This document shows, one piece after another, positions 45,537 through 55,631 of a DNA stretch of 64,000 nt. Source of the DNA: an uncultured virus (IMG/VR IMGVR_UViG_3300042453_001749) (Duplodnaviria; Heunggongvirae; Uroviricota; Caudoviricetes); the IMG/VR virus record IMGVR_UViG_3300042453_001749; one strand, written 5' to 3'. Each line of letters opens with the position of its first letter. Within the stretch, counting starts at the first letter, position 1. The notes under the pieces are model-generated. The model saw nothing but the letters and a program-made list of their open reading frames with translations, was not told the DNA's origin and made no database searches. Made by a program: the position numbers and the translations under genes.

Positions 45537-47201
45537 ATGGCAAAACTATTTGGATTTTCTATAGAGGATGAAAATTCTCAATCACCTAATGCAGTATCCC
45601 CCGTTCCTCAATCAAATGAGGACGGGGTTGATCACTATTTAACGTCTGGATTTTTTGGTTCATACGTTGATATTGAGGGTGTATATAGAACTGAATATGA
45701 CCTAATTAGAAGATATAGAGAAATGGCTTTGCATCCAGAAGTTGATGCAGCTATTGAAGATATTGTAAATGAAGCAATTGTATCGGATACTCATGATAGT
45801 CCTGTGGAAATTGAGCTATCCAATTTAAACGCAAGTGATGGAATTAAAAATAAAATTAGAGAAGAATTTGATTATATCAAAGAACTTTTGGATTTTGAAA
45901 AGAAGTCTCATGAAATATACAGAAATTGGTACGTTGATGGAAGACTTTATTATCACAAAGTAATCGACTTAAAAAATCCACAAGAAGGGATTCAGGAATT
46001 AAGATATATTGACGCACTTAAAATGCGTTACATCAGACAAGTTGAGAAGAAAGCAAATCCAAATGCTTTAATGTCTTCAAGACAGTCAATTGATGATCCG
46101 ATGACTGCAGAATTTCCAAAAATTCAAGAATACTTTTTATATAATCCAAAAGGAGTAAGTGGATCAATTTCAGATTCATCAACAAGTAGCGGAAATGTTA
46201 AAATTGCAAAAGATGCCGTAGCATATTGCAACTCTGGACTTGTAGATAGAAACAAAGGGACTGTTCTTTCATATCTACACAAAGCAATTAAATCTCTCAA
46301 TCAACTTAGAATGATTGAGGATTCTCTTGTTATTTACAGATTATCTCGCGCACCCGAGCGTAGAATTTTCTATATTGACGTTGGTAACCTTCCCAAAGTG
46401 AAGGCAGAACAATATCTTCGTGATGTTATGATGCGTTATCGTAACAAACTTGTATATGATGCATCAACTGGAGAAATTCGTGATGATAAGAAATTTATGA
46501 GTATGCTTGAGGACTTTTGGCTTCCTCGTCGTGAAGGTGGTAGAGGAACTGAGATTACTACTCTACCTGGCGGGCAAAATTTGGGAGAAATTACAGATAT
46601 TAATTATTTCCAGAAAAAATTATATCGTTCACTGAATGTTCCCCCATCAAGAATGGATGGTGAAGGTGGATTTAATCTCGGTCGTTCTTCGGAAATTCTT
46701 CGTGATGAACTTAAGTTCACTAAATTTGTATCTAGACTTAGAAAAAGATTTACTAATCTTTTCAATGATATTCTCAAGACTCAACTAATTCTTAAGAATA
46801 TTATTACCCCAGAAGATTGGAATTTGATGAAAAATCATATTCAATATGACTTCTTATATGATAATCATTTCTCTGAATTAAAAGATGCCGAACTTTTAAT
46901 GGAGAGATTAAATCTTGCTGCTACTGCAGAACCATACGTTGGTAAATATTTCTCTCAAGATTTTGTTCGTAGAAAAATTCTCCGTCAAACTGATGTTGAT
47001 ATCAGAGAGCAGGATAAAATCATCGAAAAAGAAATTGAAGATGGTATTATTCCAGATCCAAATGCACCAGTAGATCCTATGACTGGTCAACCTATGAGTC
47101 CAGATCAAATTAATGGGGACGGTGGTGCTGTTCCCATAGATCCTTCAATTGATGAAAAACCAGTTGAAGCTCCCAAAATCCCCAAGGGTGGGGAAATTTA
47201 A
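45537..47201 (+). CDS. g20: Portal protein gp20
   Basis: RAPERRIFYIDVGNLPKVKAEQYL...EDFWLPRREGGRGTEI. Confidence 0.97.
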   Translation: MAKLFGFSIEDENSQSPNAVSPVPQSNEDGVDHYLTSGFFGSYVDIEGVYRTEYDLIRRYREMALHPEVDAAIEDIVNEAIVSDTHDSPVEIELSNLNASDGIKNKIREEFDYIKELLDFEKKSHEIYRNWYVDGRLYYHKVIDLKNPQEGIQELRYIDALKMRYIRQVEKKANPNALMSSRQSIDDPMTAEFPKIQEYFLYNPKGVSGSISDSSTSSGNVKIAKDAVAYCNSGLVDRNKGTVLSYLHKAIKSLNQLRMIEDSLVIYRLSRAPERRIFYIDVGNLPKVKAEQYLRDVMMRYRNKLVYDASTGEIRDDKKFMSMLEDFWLPRREGGRGTEITTLPGGQNLGEITDINYFQKKLYRSLNVPPSRMDGEGGFNLGRSSEILRDELKFTKFVSRLRKRFTNLFNDILKTQLILKNIITPEDWNLMKNHIQYDFLYDNHFSELKDAELLMERLNLAATAEPYVGKYFSQDFVRRKILRQTDVDIREQDKIIEKEIEDGIIPDPNAPVDPMTGQPMSPDQINGDGGAVPIDPSIDEKPVEAPKIPKGGEI

Positions 47202-47207
47202 TAAATA
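47200..47207 (+). promoter_or_regulatory. T4-type late promoter
   Basis: AATAAATA. Confidence 0.65.
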
Positions 47208-47229
47208 AAACAAAGATTGATTAATTAAA

Positions 47230-47397
47230 ATGGAAGAACTACTCGATATGTTTGCTGCTGATGAATCTCCATCAGAAATTAGCGATAAGATTAAAGAACT
47301 TTTATATGCAAAGTCTGCGAATGCTATTGACGAAATAAGACCTGCTGTTGCTGCGTCTTTACTTGGTTTAGATGATCAGGAAGAGGGGGATGAATGA
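47230..47397 (+). CDS. Small acidic prohead-core-like protein (gp67 position; 55 aa; not in track)
   Basis: MEELLDMFAADESPSEISDKIKELLYAKSANAIDEIRPAVAASLL...; directly after the portal gene. Confidence 0.7.
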   Translation: MEELLDMFAADESPSEISDKIKELLYAKSANAIDEIRPAVAASLLGLDDQEEGDE

Positions 47398-47507
47398 TAA
47401 GTGGATGAATTCAACCTTAGATTCTGAGATTTTTTCAGTTAGAGTATCAAATATTGGTTCAGATTCTACCGCTGTTGGAGTATCAATCAGGTGGAGAGAG
47501 ATTTATT

Positions 47508-47515
47508 AATAAATA
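47508..47515 (+). promoter_or_regulatory. T4-type late promoter
   Basis: AATAAATA. Confidence 0.65.
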
Positions 47516-47539
47516 ACTAAAAGTGTATTTAATAAAATA

Positions 47540-48091
47540 ATGGCGCATAGACCAATTGGTGCGGGTATTTCACTTTCAACTACTGCAACTTCTGGGATGA
47601 CCACATCCTTCGCAGTTAAAACAACCAACCTTAGAGTTGTTGCTGTAACTGCAGGTGCATTCATTGCGATTGGAACAAACCCCACTGCAACTACTTCAGA
47701 TTATTATATTGCTGCTGGAGAATCTGCATCTCTTGCTTTAACACGAGCATCAAATAGAGTTGTTGGAATTACTACTGGAGCAACGACAACAATCACTTTT
47801 GCAGAGGGAACTCAAGCGCCATTTGGTGTTGGTGATTTTATTACATTGGAATCTTCTGGTCAAAGTTATTATAACTTTAATCATGTTGAAGTTATTTCCG
47901 TAAATACCTCTTCAAACTACAATGGTGATTTTCAGAGAACGATTGTAGTAAATCATAATTCTAGTGGTATCGTAACTGCATTTTCATCAAAAGATGCAAC
48001 TGCGTATCTCTCTCAAAGAGTAGCAGCTAGAACTGAAGGAGGTTCTGGTGTTGTATATGTTCAACAAGTCCAAGTCACATCCAACGCATAA
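47540..48091 (+). CDS. Probable virion structural protein
   Basis: 183 aa, Thr/Ser/Gly-rich; late promoter; directly upstream of g21. Confidence 0.7.
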   Translation: MAHRPIGAGISLSTTATSGMTTSFAVKTTNLRVVAVTAGAFIAIGTNPTATTSDYYIAAGESASLALTRASNRVVGITTGATTTITFAEGTQAPFGVGDFITLESSGQSYYNFNHVEVISVNTSSNYNGDFQRTIVVNHNSSGIVTAFSSKDATAYLSQRVAARTEGGSGVVYVQQVQVTSNA

Positions 48092-48093
48092 CA

Positions 48094-48744
48094 ATGAAAC
48101 TCATCACAGAAGAAATCGAACAGGTTGAAGTTCTTACAGAAAGCGTAAATGGTAAAAAAACTCTTTATATTCAAGGGGTTTTTCTCCAGAGTGAGCAAGT
48201 AAACCGCAATGGTAGACTTTACAGACTCCCAGTAATGGAAAGAGAAGTAAAGCGTTATAGCGAACAATATGTAAATAAAGGTCGTGCTCTTGGAGAACTT
48301 GGACATCCTGATGGTCCAACTGTAAATTTAGATCGTGTCTCTCATAAAATTGTTGATCTTCATAGAGAAGGAAATAATTTTATTGGTAAAGCACAAATTT
48401 TATCTACACCAATGGGTAAAATTGCAGAATCACTTCTGAAAGAAGGTGTTACTCTCGGAGTCTCTTCTCGTGGGATTGGTTCACTAAAACAAACTCGTGA
48501 AGGGTATAGTGAAGTTGGTGAAGATTTTATGCTTGCAACTGCGGCAGATATTGTTGCTGATCCTTCTGCACCTGATGCTTTTGTTCAAGGAATTATGGAA
48601 GGAAAAGAATGGGTATGGGATGGTGGAATTTTAAGAGAGAAGGCGGCATCAAGAACATATAGACGTATCAATACGTTAGTTGATGAAAAAAGACTTGAAG
48701 AGCATAAATTAAACTTATTCAATAATTTTCTTGCAAATTTGTAA
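48094..48744 (+). CDS. g21: Prohead protease gp21
   Basis: ALGELGHP...LGVSSRGIGS...DIVADPSAPDA. Confidence 0.96.
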   Translation: MKLITEEIEQVEVLTESVNGKKTLYIQGVFLQSEQVNRNGRLYRLPVMEREVKRYSEQYVNKGRALGELGHPDGPTVNLDRVSHKIVDLHREGNNFIGKAQILSTPMGKIAESLLKEGVTLGVSSRGIGSLKQTREGYSEVGEDFMLATAADIVADPSAPDAFVQGIMEGKEWVWDGGILREKAASRTYRRINTLVDEKRLEEHKLNLFNNFLANL

Positions 48745-48746
48745 TT

Positions 48747-48754
48747 TATAAATA
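48747..48754 (+). promoter_or_regulatory. T4-type late promoter
   Basis: TATAAATA. Confidence 0.75.
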
Positions 48755-48793
48755 AATATAGATTAAATAACTAAGGTTAATCGGAGAGTTCAA

Positions 48794-49984
48794 ATGTCTC
48801 GTGGAGATTTACAAGAAATGGAAGTAGGCACAAAGCAATCCAGAACCGCTGTTAATGCTGGAGCAAAAGCAGCAGAGGGTATGCCTAAACTAACCACAGG
48901 TATTCCTGATGGTCAAACTGGAGGTTGGGAAGACTTAGGTGGACCCACACCACAGAACTACAAGTCTGATGATGATTCAGCGAAGTTAAAAACACCAGGA
49001 TCAACCCTTAAGCAAGTTAAGGATATTGTAACTAAGGGCGCTAAGTCTGCTGATGCAATGCCTCATATGAAGTCTTCTGTAAAAGAGGAGACTGAAGAGG
49101 ATGATGAGGATCTAATTGATGAGACAGAAGAACTCGATGATGAAGATCTTGAAGAGGTAGACGAAGAGACTTTCTCAGAAGCAAAAGAGAAAGAAGAAGA
49201 GGATGAGGAGGATGAAGAGGACGAAGAAGAGAAGGATGAGAAGAAAAAGATGAAAGAAGAACTTAACATCGAAGAAGATGTTAATGCTCTAGTAGAAGGT
49301 GAGGAACTTTCTGAAGAATTCAAAGAAAAGGCTAAGACCATCTTTGAAGCAGCTCTTAGAAGTAAAGTTACTCAAATTCGTGAGGCTCTTGAAGTTAAGT
49401 ACGAAGAGCGCCTCATCGAAGAAGTCGAAGAGATCAAAGCCGAACTCACCGAGCGTGTTGATTCATATTTAGAGTATGTTTGCGAAGAGTGGGTATCGGA
49501 AAATGAGCTCGCAATTGAGCATGGTCTCAAAGGCGAACTCACCGAGTCCTTCCTCGGTGGTCTGAAAGGACTTTTTGAAGAACATTATGTAACAATCCCT
49601 GAAGATAAATATGATGTGCTAGAGAGCATGGTAGAAAAACTTGATGAAATGGAAGAAAAACTCAACGAGCAAATCGAAAGAAATATCCATCTAAACAAGC
49701 GTCTCGCAGAGTCGGTTGCTGATGGAATCTTTGAACAGGTTTCTGAGGGTCTAGCGGCTACTCAGAAAGACAAGCTCGCTTCACTTGCCGAAAGTGTTGA
49801 GTTTGAAAGTGAAACAGAATATCGTGAAAAACTGGAGACTTTGAAGGAAGCATATTTTCCATCAAGAGTTGGATCTCCATCCGCTAAGTCTGAAACTCTA
49901 TCAGAAGGTGTAGAAGGTGGTCCTGAAGCAATTTCAGGAACAATGGCTCATTATCTAAAGAGTCTTTCAGCATTCAGCAAATAA
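48794..49984 (+). CDS. g22: Prohead scaffold gp22
   Basis: ELSEEFKEKAKTIFEAA...VDSYLEYVCEEW; lies between g21 and g23. Confidence 0.93.
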   Translation: MSRGDLQEMEVGTKQSRTAVNAGAKAAEGMPKLTTGIPDGQTGGWEDLGGPTPQNYKSDDDSAKLKTPGSTLKQVKDIVTKGAKSADAMPHMKSSVKEETEEDDEDLIDETEELDDEDLEEVDEETFSEAKEKEEEDEEDEEDEEEKDEKKKMKEELNIEEDVNALVEGEELSEEFKEKAKTIFEAALRSKVTQIREALEVKYEERLIEEVEEIKAELTERVDSYLEYVCEEWVSENELAIEHGLKGELTESFLGGLKGLFEEHYVTIPEDKYDVLESMVEKLDEMEEKLNEQIERNIHLNKRLAESVADGIFEQVSEGLAATQKDKLASLAESVEFESETEYREKLETLKEAYFPSRVGSPSAKSETLSEGVEGGPEAISGTMAHYLKSLSAFSK

Positions 49985-50040
49985 CTGAATTTAATATTAA
50001 TCAAACCCAAAAAACACACTTTAGTAAAAGGTAAACGCAA

Positions 50041-51486
50041 ATGTTCCATTCAGAACAATTGCAGGAAAAGTGGGCACCTCTCCTCAACTATGAGGGTCTT
50101 GATCCAATCAAAGATTCGCACAGAAGAGCGGTAACCGCAGTCCTGCTAGAAAACCAAGAAAGATTTTTAAGAGAGCAAACAGCTTTCGATCAAGGATCCA
50201 TGAGCTATCTCATGGAAACCCCAACCTCAAACACTGGCTCATATTCAGCAAGTGGAGCTGGTGCTAATGCTAGTGGTTTTAGTGCTGGTGCAACTGCAGC
50301 AGGTCCTGTTGCTGGTTTCGACCCCGTTCTGATCTCTCTGATCAGACGTGCAATGCCTAACCTTGTTGCATATGACCTCGCTGGCGTTCAGCCAATGAAT
50401 GGTCCTACTGGACTCATCTTTGCGATGCGTTCACGTTACGGCAACCAGAACGGCACTGAAGCATTCTACAATGAAGTAGATACTGCTTATTCAGGTCAGA
50501 ACGAAGGTTTCGACCTCACCAATGGTTTCACTGATGTTAACGCTGGTATGGGTACTACTGCCCAATCTGGTAGCAACCCATCAGTTCTCAACCCTGTAGG
50601 AACAGCTTCATCTGTTGGTTACAGAGTTGGTCAGGGCATGAGAACTGACGACGCTGAGGATCTTGGATCAACGGGCGACAACTTCAACGAAATGAGCTTC
50701 TCAATCGAGAAGATCAGCGTCACTGCGAAGTCACGCGCTCTGAAAGCCGAGTACTCACTTGAGCTTGCTCAAGACCTTAAGGCAATCCACGGTCTGAATG
50801 CTGAAGCGGAATTAGCAAATATTCTCTCAACTGAGATTCTTGCTGAAATCAACCGCGAAGTTATCAGAACCATCTACAAGGTTGCTGAGCAAGGTGCTGT
50901 TCAGAATACTGCAACTGCTGGTGTATTCGACCTCGACGTTGACTCCAACGGTCGTTGGTCAGTTGAGAAGTTCAAGGGTCTTCTTTTCCAAATCGAGCGT
51001 GATGCTAACGCAATCGCACAAAGAACTCGTAGAGGAAAGGGCAACATCATCATGTGCTCTGCTGACGTTGCTTCAGCATTGACCATGGCTGGTGTTCTCG
51101 ACTACACCCCTGCACTCAACGCTAACCTCAACGTTGATGATACTGGCAATACTTTTGCTGGTACTCTCATGGGTAAGTATCGTGTTTATATCGATCCTTA
51201 TGCTGCTAACCTCACCGCAGGTAATGCATCTCCTGGTAACCAGTACTATGTTGTTGGTTATAAGGGTTCTTCACCTTACGATGCAGGTCTCTTCTATTGC
51301 CCATATGTACCCCTCCAGATGGTACGTGCAGTTGGAGAGAACACCTTCCAGCCTAAGATCGGCTTTAAGACCCGTTATGGTCTCGTTGCAAACCCATTTG
51401 CAGAAGGAACCAATCAGGGTCTCGGTGCTCTCCACATCAATAGCAACCGCTACTACAGAAGAGTTGCTGTTAAGAACCTCATGTGA
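50041..51486 (+). CDS. g23: Major capsid protein gp23
   Basis: GVQPMNGPTGLIFAMR...AKSRALKAEYSLELAQDLKAIHG...FQPKIGFKTRYG. Confidence 0.98.
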   Translation: MFHSEQLQEKWAPLLNYEGLDPIKDSHRRAVTAVLLENQERFLREQTAFDQGSMSYLMETPTSNTGSYSASGAGANASGFSAGATAAGPVAGFDPVLISLIRRAMPNLVAYDLAGVQPMNGPTGLIFAMRSRYGNQNGTEAFYNEVDTAYSGQNEGFDLTNGFTDVNAGMGTTAQSGSNPSVLNPVGTASSVGYRVGQGMRTDDAEDLGSTGDNFNEMSFSIEKISVTAKSRALKAEYSLELAQDLKAIHGLNAEAELANILSTEILAEINREVIRTIYKVAEQGAVQNTATAGVFDLDVDSNGRWSVEKFKGLLFQIERDANAIAQRTRRGKGNIIMCSADVASALTMAGVLDYTPALNANLNVDDTGNTFAGTLMGKYRVYIDPYAANLTAGNASPGNQYYVVGYKGSSPYDAGLFYCPYVPLQMVRAVGENTFQPKIGFKTRYGLVANPFAEGTNQGLGALHINSNRYYRRVAVKNLM

Positions 51487-51508
51487 TCTAAGTTCACAAG
51501 GTTATTTG

Positions 51509-51535
51509 GAGGGTCCTTCGGGACCCTCTTTTTTT
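51509..51535 (+). terminator. Intrinsic terminator with a cUUCGg tetraloop
   Basis: GAGGGTCC-TTCG-GGACCCTC followed by T7. Confidence 0.92.
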
Positions 51536-51553
51536 ATCTAAATAGTTAAAAAA

Positions 51554-52129
51554 ATGGCTACACAGAAGAACATTTACGATAATCAAATTCAGAATAGGAA
51601 TTTTTTATCTCCTATTGGATTTAGATTTACATTACAAAAGTCTCCAAAAGTTGCCTTTTTTAGCAATCAAGCAAATATTCCAGCTTTGGATTTTGGAGTT
51701 GCTACACAAACAAATTATTTAAGAGATATTCCACATCTTGGCGATAAGATGGAATTTGAAGATTTTAGTCTTCGATTTTTAGTGGATGAAAATCTTGAAA
51801 ATTATATGGAGATACAAAATTGGATGCGAGGAATTGCTTTTCCAGAATCTCTACAACAGATTTACGACATTCAAAGAAAGGGAAAAAATATGGATCTTCA
51901 ACCGAAGACCATGTTGAATGTTTATTCAGATGCAACACTTTTAGTTTTAACAAGCAATAATACTTCAAACTTTAAAATTAAATTTAGAGATATTTTTCCC
52001 ATCTCTTTATCAACATTAACTTTTGACGCTACCTCTTCAGATGTTGAATACTTTACCGCAGAAGTCAGATTTAAATATTTGATGTATAATATTACAGATA
52101 TGAACGGAAACGACCTACACCCCTTATGA
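51554..52129 (+). CDS. g3: Tail tube terminator / completion protein gp3
   Basis: NRNFLSPIGFRF...FLVDENLENYMEIQNW...FPISLSTLTFDA; late-like CTAAATA at 51538. Confidence 0.88.
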   Translation: MATQKNIYDNQIQNRNFLSPIGFRFTLQKSPKVAFFSNQANIPALDFGVATQTNYLRDIPHLGDKMEFEDFSLRFLVDENLENYMEIQNWMRGIAFPESLQQIYDIQRKGKNMDLQPKTMLNVYSDATLLVLTSNNTSNFKIKFRDIFPISLSTLTFDATSSDVEYFTAEVRFKYLMYNITDMNGNDLHPL

Positions 52130-52563
52130 CGATTGACCTTGATACCATTCAAGAAATGTGGGAAAAAGATGCAAAAATAGATATTGATAATCTACACACA
52201 GAATCTTTAAATATTCCCGTTCTTCATGCAAAATACTTTGATTTATACAATAACATTCAGTTATTGAAAAAACGTGCTGAACAACAGAAAAAAAATATTC
52301 GTCACGAAAGGTATGAATATTATACTGGGAAGGCAGATCCAGAAATTTATGTAGAGAATCCTTTTCCCAAAAAAATCAGAGACAAAGAAACTCTACAAAA
52401 ATATCTTGATGCTGATGAAAGACTATCTCAAGTTTGTCTCAAAATTGAGTACTATGAAACTCTCCTAAATTATATTGAGAGTATTCTTAAAGTGATTTTG
52501 AATAGAACTTATCAAATTAAGAATGCTATTGAATTTATAAGATTCCAAGCAGGATATGGTTAA
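52126..52563 (+). CDS. uvsY: Recombination mediator UvsY
   Basis: ESLNIPVLHAKY...YYTGKA...RTYQIKNAIEF. Confidence 0.92.
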   Translation: MTIDLDTIQEMWEKDAKIDIDNLHTESLNIPVLHAKYFDLYNNIQLLKKRAEQQKKNIRHERYEYYTGKADPEIYVENPFPKKIRDKETLQKYLDADERLSQVCLKIEYYETLLNYIESILKVILNRTYQIKNAIEFIRFQAGYG

Positions 52564-54031
52564 TAAAAGTGCAAATCTCACCATTTCAAAGTCTAACGAA
52601 GTTTTTCTTAAGATAGAAACGGAACCACATATTGAATATGAACTAAGGGATTATTTTAAATTTGAAGTTCCTAACGCAAAGTTCATGCCCCAATATAGGG
52701 GCAGAAATTGGAATGGTGAAATACATTTGTTTGATATGAGAACCAAACATTTGTATATTGGTCTGCTTGATAAATTGATTTCATTTTGCAAGTCGTATAA
52801 TTATACCTACGCATTTAAAGAAAATAAATTTTACGGGTTACCTTTTGAAATAAATGAAGAGATATCTTTAGAAGGTGTATCTGATTATATGAAATCTATT
52901 TGCTCGCATACTCCTAGATCGTATCAAATTGAGGGAGTATACGATGCTCTAAGACATAATAGAAAGTTACTGATATCACCGACTGCCTCAGGTAAATCTC
53001 TGATGATTTATTCTGTAGTAAGATACTTTGTAGATAAACAGAAAAAAATCCTCTTAGTTGTTCCAACGACATCTCTTGTAGAGCAGATGTATAAAGACTT
53101 TGAAGATTATGGTTGGGATGCTGAGACATACTGCCACCGAATATATTCTGGTAGAGAAAAGACTAATGAGTTTTCAGTCACTATCACTACCTGGCAATCT
53201 ATCTATAAACTTGAACGTTCGTTCTTTAACAATTATGACGTTATAATTGGTGATGAGGCACACTTATTTAAAAGTAAGTCTCTTATCGAAATTATGACTA
53301 AGGCTCATAATGCAAAATATCGTTTTGGATTTACTGGAACACTAGATGGAACTCAGACTCATAAGTGGGTATTAGAAGGACTCTTTGGACCTTCTTATAA
53401 GGTGATTAGGACAGCAGAATTAATGGAAAGGGGTCATGTATCCAAATTAGATATTAATTGCATAGTTCTAAAACACAAACCACAAAAGTTTGAGACTTTT
53501 GAGGATGAGATTCAATTTATTATTACTCACGAAAAAAGAAATAACTTTATTAAAAACCTATCCGTAAGTTTAAGGGGAAATACTTTGGTCTTGTTTAGTA
53601 GAGTGGAAACTCATGGTCAACCACTTTACGAACTCATAAATAGTTCTGTAAACGATGGTAGAAAAGTATTTTACGTTCATGGTGGAGTTGGTGCTGAAGA
53701 ACGTGAAAGAATTAGAGAAATAACTGAAAAGGAATCTAATGCAATTATCATCGCTTCATACGGTGTATTTTCTACAGGTGTGAATATTAAAAATCTACAC
53801 AATGTAGTTTTTGCATCTCCAAGTAAATCTAGAATTAGAAACCTGCAAAGTATTGGTAGAGTTTTAAGAAAAAGTCAAACCAAAAATAAAGCAATGTTAT
53901 ATGATATTGCAGATGATTGTACTTATAACTCTAGAAAAAATTATACATTAAATCATTTAATTGAAAGAATTAAAATTTACAATGAAGAAAATTTTAATTA
54001 CGAAATACATACAATAAATTTAAAATCATGA
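52556..54031 (+). CDS. uvsW: RNA-DNA/DNA helicase UvsW
   Basis: SPTASGKS, GDEAH, FGFTGT, LQSIGRVLR. Confidence 0.95.
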   Translation: MVNKSANLTISKSNEVFLKIETEPHIEYELRDYFKFEVPNAKFMPQYRGRNWNGEIHLFDMRTKHLYIGLLDKLISFCKSYNYTYAFKENKFYGLPFEINEEISLEGVSDYMKSICSHTPRSYQIEGVYDALRHNRKLLISPTASGKSLMIYSVVRYFVDKQKKILLVVPTTSLVEQMYKDFEDYGWDAETYCHRIYSGREKTNEFSVTITTWQSIYKLERSFFNNYDVIIGDEAHLFKSKSLIEIMTKAHNAKYRFGFTGTLDGTQTHKWVLEGLFGPSYKVIRTAELMERGHVSKLDINCIVLKHKPQKFETFEDEIQFIITHEKRNNFIKNLSVSLRGNTLVLFSRVETHGQPLYELINSSVNDGRKVFYVHGGVGAEERERIREITEKESNAIIIASYGVFSTGVNIKNLHNVVFASPSKSRIRNLQSIGRVLRKSQTKNKAMLYDIADDCTYNSRKNYTLNHLIERIKIYNEENFNYEIHTINLKS

Positions 54032-54417
54032 TAGAAGACGATTTTTATGCAACAGTCAAATTAAAAAATGGAGAAGAGATCTTCGCTAAGGTTGCTGCCT
54101 GCGAAGAGGATGATAGAACTATGATTCTAGTTTCTAATCCAATCATCGTATCTCCAATTATGAGTAGAAACGGTCCAGTTGGATATAGAGTAGAACCTTG
54201 GTTAAAAACTTCATCTGAAGATCTTATTGTATTAAATATGGAAGATGTCCTTACAATGACGGAATCTTCAGATATTAATATTATTAAAATGTATCAGAAT
54301 TTTGTAAGGCAATCAGATTCTATGGATGCATCTGAAAAGATTAGCAGAAAAATGGGATATATTGCTAACGTCAATGATGCTAAAGATATTTTAGAGAAAC
54401 TCTATAAAAAAAGCTAA
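54028..54417 (+). CDS. Conserved T4-like hypothetical protein between uvsW and g55
   Basis: 129 aa; ATVKLKNGEEIFAKV...VEPW. Confidence 0.8.
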   Translation: MIEDDFYATVKLKNGEEIFAKVAACEEDDRTMILVSNPIIVSPIMSRNGPVGYRVEPWLKTSSEDLIVLNMEDVLTMTESSDINIIKMYQNFVRQSDSMDASEKISRKMGYIANVNDAKDILEKLYKKS

Positions 54418-54446
54418 AACTAATCTTATCAACCTCGACAAAGGTT

Positions 54447-54475
54447 ATTATACACACTTGAGGAACCCTTGTCAA
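54447..54475 (-). promoter_or_regulatory. Perfect-consensus sigma70 promoter on the minus strand
   Basis: Reverse complement reads TTGACA-17 nt-TATAAT. Confidence 0.7.
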
Positions 54476-54497
54476 GTATAAAAAAAAGTGTTATACT
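54469..54497 (+). promoter_or_regulatory. Sigma70-like promoter for g55
   Basis: TTGTCA-17 nt-TATACT with an extended TG. Confidence 0.7.
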
Positions 54498-54522
54498 ACC
54501 TACATAATGAATATAAATTTAA

Positions 54523-55020
54523 ATGATTGCTACAGACACGATGACCAAAAGAAAGAGGTCAGTACATTACGTTAATAACAAAGACTTTTTAGATGCATTA
54601 ATTGTTTATCGTAATGCTGTAAGAGATGCTGCTGAAAAGGGAGAACCAAAACCTAAGATTCCAAATTATCTTGGTGAGTGTTTTCTTAAAATTGCAACTC
54701 ATTTATCGTTTAAACCTAATTTTGTAAATTATATCTTTAAAGATGATATGATTTCGGATGGGATTGAAAATTGTGTTCAATACATTCATAATTTCAATCC
54801 AGAAAAATCCACTAATCCATTTGCTTATTTTACTCAAATTATTCACTACGCATTTTTGAGGAGAATTCAAAAAGAGAAGAAGCAACTGGAAATTAAAAAT
54901 AAAATTCTTGAAAAGACTGGATACGACGAAGTGTTCGTTGATAACAACAGCATTGACGGATCCAACTACAGCGACTATAATAGTATCAAGGACAACGTAC
55001 ACTCAAAATTCCGTTACTGA
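54523..55020 (+). CDS. g55: Late-transcription sigma factor gp55
   Basis: HYVNNKDFL...DMISDGIENC..Y..NF...NPFAYFTQI...AFLRRIQKEKKQ. Confidence 0.95.
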   Translation: MIATDTMTKRKRSVHYVNNKDFLDALIVYRNAVRDAAEKGEPKPKIPNYLGECFLKIATHLSFKPNFVNYIFKDDMISDGIENCVQYIHNFNPEKSTNPFAYFTQIIHYAFLRRIQKEKKQLEIKNKILEKTGYDEVFVDNNSIDGSNYSDYNSIKDNVHSKFRY

Positions 55021-55024
55021 TAAA

Positions 55025-55072
55025 TGCTCCAAAGTGTTGTAAAATATAAATAATATTAAACATTTTGGAGCA
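55025..55072 (+). promoter_or_regulatory. RBS-sequestering hairpin with a late promoter in its loop
   Basis: TGCTCCAAAGTGTT(55025-55038) pairs with AACATTTTGGAGCA(55059-55072); TATAAATA at 55045-55052. Confidence 0.8.
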
Positions 55073-55073
55073 A

Positions 55074-55631
55074 ATGCCGAACCAATATTCAAACTCAAGA
55101 AGTAATAGATTAAAAGCAATAGAAGAAGGTAAAAAAACTTATATTGGATCTACTGCATGTAAGCACTGTGGTAGTTATGAAAAGTATGTGAGTAGTTACA
55201 ATTGTTCTCCATGTTCTATTAAAAAAGGATTAGAGAAACTTAATAATGAGGAGTTGATGAAACCTTATAGAACTAAAGAAAAATGGGCAGCAAATAGAGA
55301 AAGAAGAAAAGAAAAAATTAGAGAGAATAATAAAAAATATTCTTCCACTGAAAGGGGTAAAGCATTATCTGCAGAAAAACAAAGAAGAAGATATGCTCGA
55401 CTAAAACAAGGTATTCCTATAGAAATTACCGAAGAAGATCTTCGCCAAATCCAACAAATATATCAAAAGGCACAACACTTGACTTCTTCTACTGGTGTGC
55501 AGTATGATGTAGATCATATAATTCCTTTATTTGAAGGTGGTCTGCACCATCCAAATAATCTCCAAATTATTACTCACGAAGAGCATCTTATGAAAACTGC
55601 TGAAGAAAATAGCAGGAGACAATCAAAATGA
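55074..55631 (+). mobile_element. Free-standing HNH homing endonuclease gene (start ATG55074)
   Basis: YDVDHIIPL..GGLHHPNNLQIITHEEH HNH core; N-terminal CxxC pair; inserted between g55 and g47. Confidence 0.85.

Noticed and set aside
49063..49341. Poly-Ser minus-strand ORF and GAA/GAG/GAT low-complexity repeat
   Set aside because: Complement of the ordinary acidic tract in scaffold gp22
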